Source: Candidatus Poribacteria bacterium (lineage in GTDB: Bacteria; Poribacteria; WGA-4E; WGA-3G). From it: DNA of 64,000 nt. Position numbers and translations under genes: made by a program. Under the pieces are notes generated by a model, which was not told where the DNA came from, ran no database searches, and saw nothing but the letters and a program-made list of their open reading frames with translations. Of this stretch, positions 61,789 through 64,000 are shown piece after piece (position 1 is the stretch's first letter; every line of letters starts with the position of its first letter). The stretch covers positions 448,001-512,000 of the forward strand of contig OZ219750.1 in the NCBI GenBank assembly GCA_964291315.2, given 5' to 3'.

Positions 61789-62034
61789 ATTTGGATTCCG
61801 TACGATCTCGCAGCTGCGGCTGAGGTCAAGGTCTCTATCTATTCTGCGGATGGCGGTCTTGTCCGGACGCTCTCTTTAGGGTATTAGGCTGCAGGTATGT
61901 ACCAGAGCAAGTCTCGGGGGGCGTATTGGGATGGTCGCAACGAAGCTGGGGAAACTGTTGCAAGCGGTCTCTATTTCTATACGCTTGAAGCAGGTTCTTT
62001 CACTGCAACCCGTAAAAAGTTGATAATGAAGTAA
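61789..62034 (+). pseudogene. Remnant FlgD-Ig/T9SS-like C-terminal domain with internal stop
   Basis: WIPYDLA...V..SIY.ADG.LVRTL.LGY*AAG.Y.SKSR.AYWDGRNE.GE.VASGLYFYTL.AG.FTATRK.LI.K; TAG at 61885. Confidence 0.75.
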
Positions 62035-62089
62035 TTAAACAGAGGGTTTTCAATAGTTAAAGCAAAATCCTCATAAAGAATAAAGAGGC

Positions 62090-62224
62090 ACGTTTGACAG
62101 TTTATGCTACAAGCCCCTTGCGTTGCAAAGGAAGCTAACAGTTTATGCCGCGGGCACCGAAGAGGCACAGCCTAGCAGTCTCTGCTACAAGAGAGTGCCT
62201 CTAAATCTTTTCAAACTCACGTTA
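62090..62224. repeat. REP-like units (cagtttatgctac/cagtctctgctac) plus a MITE right end
   Basis: gtctctgctacaagagagtgcctctaaatcttttcaaactcacgtta, near-duplicated at 62514-62562. Confidence 0.65.
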
Positions 62225-62415
62225 ATTAGATAACCCCGCAACTTGGATTGCCGGGTTATTTCATAGAGTAACACGATTTTGATAATTATTTATTTCAGCT
62301 TTTAAAGGCTGTGGTGCGTCTGTGAGTTGTGTGTAGGTTGAACTCGGTGTTTTTGTGCCGTGATGAAAACAAAGAATTATTTGATAAACGCTCTGAGATG
62401 TGTTATATTTTATTA

Positions 62416-62562
62416 TAATGTGAGCTGGATGATTGTTTGGTTCATTTTTTGTTGCGGATGCCCAGATTGACAGTCTCTGCTACAAGAGATGTTTGCGGAT
62501 GTAGAGTCTAACTGTCTCTGCTACAAAAGAGTGCCTCTAAATCTTTTTTCAAACTCACGTTA
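62416..62562. mobile_element. MITE (147 bp), same family as 46750 and 42142
   Basis: taatgtgagctgga ... ttcaaactcacgtta. Confidence 0.65.
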
Positions 62563-62997
62563 GAGCTATTTTAAGTATTGAGGACAACAGATGATGATGG
62601 ACAACCGAGTTGTTAATTTACCGAGTAAAGAAGGACGGCTGGAGGTGCTACGATGCAGTTGCTTTGTTGTGTGGAGCGTTGCCTTCTCTCTGTCTTTTAT
62701 CTGGGTCTCTATTTTAACTTCTTGTTATCAACCTACGCTTGAAAAACTGACGAATGGTTAAATATTCGTTCTTGTTTCATTAGTCCTTGTTCTGTATCTG
62801 TTGCCCGTTTTCCAAATCTATGGTTTTGGTGCGGGTGTTTTTTTGCATCCCGTTGGTGGAGATCAGAGGTATCTATCGTTGAAGCGATGTCGAACGATAT
62901 CACATTTTTAAGATAAATATCCTCCTGCTTTTAGGAGGAGCAACATTTGGGACTATTAAACATTCTGTGTATCTTCACAGAGAAAAGGAGAGACAAC

Positions 62998-64000
62998 ATG
63001 CGAAGAACAATAGTGGCTTTATCGATGCTCGCCGTGTTTATGTTTGCGAGCGCCCCGTTTGCAGGGGCGGAATGGCAAGAGAACCTGGTAACCAACAACA
63101 CGCTTGAAGAAATCTATGTGATCAAGAGCACCTGGCGGGCAGCGGATGATAACAAAGGTATCCCCGCAGGGTTCTGGACCCGCGGCTCATACCGCATCCC
63201 GCCCGGGATGTCCAGGATTTTCCATTCCTGGGACACCAACAGCATCTATTTCCGTATTTCAAACGCTGCGGGTGCGATAAAAGCGAACAGCGGCACCACC
63301 GCTTTTGCGTTCTGGGCTCATCCGAAGCGCTCCTTCCGCGTTGTCTCACAGACGCTCGATGCCTCTGTGACAACGGATCAGCTGCTTTACTCTGATCGTT
63401 CGCCGGGTCAGTTGGCTCAATTGGAGGGATTTGTCGGCTATACGGGCGGCTCGGCAGTGGTTGTCACTCCGGGGTGGGTGTTGCTAGATGGACAGCCGAC
63501 TGCGCCGCCAAATGACGAGCTCGGAGACGATGGCGGGTCGCCCGGTGGCGATGTTGCTCCGCCTGCGTGGGTAGAGAACGTTGTAAGGAATGATCGGGAA
63601 GAAGAGATATACGTGGTCTTTGCCACTTGGAAGGTTGAGAATCCGAGGAAGGGGTGGCCTGAAGGGTTTCGGACGCGTGGCAGCTATCGTATCTCTCCGG
63701 GTAAAGGTAGAGTGTTTCATTCGTGGGCGGACAACGAGTCTTTTTTCCACATATCAAACGCGGATGGTGCGTTAAAACCGGAGAGCAGCAGTGGCACATT
63801 CGAGTTCTGGGTTCATCCGAAGCGGAAGTTTCGTATTGTGTCGGGTCAGTTGGAGAATGGTGTAACGCAGGAGGAGTTGCTGTATTCGGATCGTGCCAAG
63901 GAGGAGTTAGAGCACTCGGATGGTTTTATGGTATATGAGACTGGGTCTGGTGGTGCTGAAGTGGTCGTTACTTCTGATTGGGTGCCGGTGTCTACTGCCC
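62998..64000 (+). CDS. Secreted protein with a tandemly repeated ~140-aa domain (3' end off window)
   Basis: Not in the ORF track; AAGGAG RBS, signal peptide MRRTIVALSMLAVFMFASAPFAGA, open frame to 64000; two copies of W.EN.V.N...EEIYV...TW...GF.TRGSYRI.PG..R.FHSW...FW.HPKR.FR.VS..L...LLYSDR. Confidence 0.85.
   Translation, partial: MRRTIVALSMLAVFMFASAPFAGAEWQENLVTNNTLEEIYVIKSTWRAADDNKGIPAGFWTRGSYRIPPGMSRIFHSWDTNSIYFRISNAAGAIKANSGTTAFAFWAHPKRSFRVVSQTLDASVTTDQLLYSDRSPGQLAQLEGFVGYTGGSAVVVTPGWVLLDGQPTAPPNDELGDDGGSPGGDVAPPAWVENVVRNDREEEIYVVFATWKVENPRKGWPEGFRTRGSYRISPGKGRVFHSWADNESFFHISNADGALKPESSSGTFEFWVHPKRKFRIVSGQLENGVTQEELLYSDRAKEELEHSDGFMVYETGSGGAEVVVTSDWVPVSTA

Noticed and set aside
62090-62562. 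Repeated gtctctgctacaa units as a CRISPR array
   Set aside because: Units are short, degenerate and irregularly spaced, with no cas genes

Overview
Bacterial genomic window that looks like Candidatus Poribacteria, a sponge symbiont (inference from BMC vertex genes, many TPR/ankyrin/CRTAC1/LamG/lamin-tail proteins and a shared C-terminal 'KL.T.WG.[LI]K' motif). Housekeeping genes include folE, a tandem PTPS, ribD-ribE-ribBA-ribH, hisH, ndk, groES-groEL and rpsU, mixed with secreted-protein genes, pseudogenes and small non-autonomous mobile elements. Main signals: (1) two homologous leader ORFs, each with a C9 tract, upstream of surface-protein genes, one out of frame and one in frame, suggesting a slipped-strand phase-variation switch acting through a leader peptide; (2) an orphan type III Mod methyltransferase split at a G8 tract and flanked by ~74-bp direct repeats (candidate mobile phasevarion); (3) a leaderless selenocysteine (UxxS) peroxiredoxin-like gene with a SECIS-like hairpin, truncated by the ORF track; (4) a putative C-terminal sorting motif in the same window as a PorU-like C25 peptidase; (5) a SAM-clan riboswitch-like leader; (6) a sigma54 promoter with repeated enhancer-like boxes upstream of groESL. 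No rRNA, tRNA or CRISPR array was seen. All calls are by eye, with no database searches, and homopolymer frameshifts could be assembly errors.
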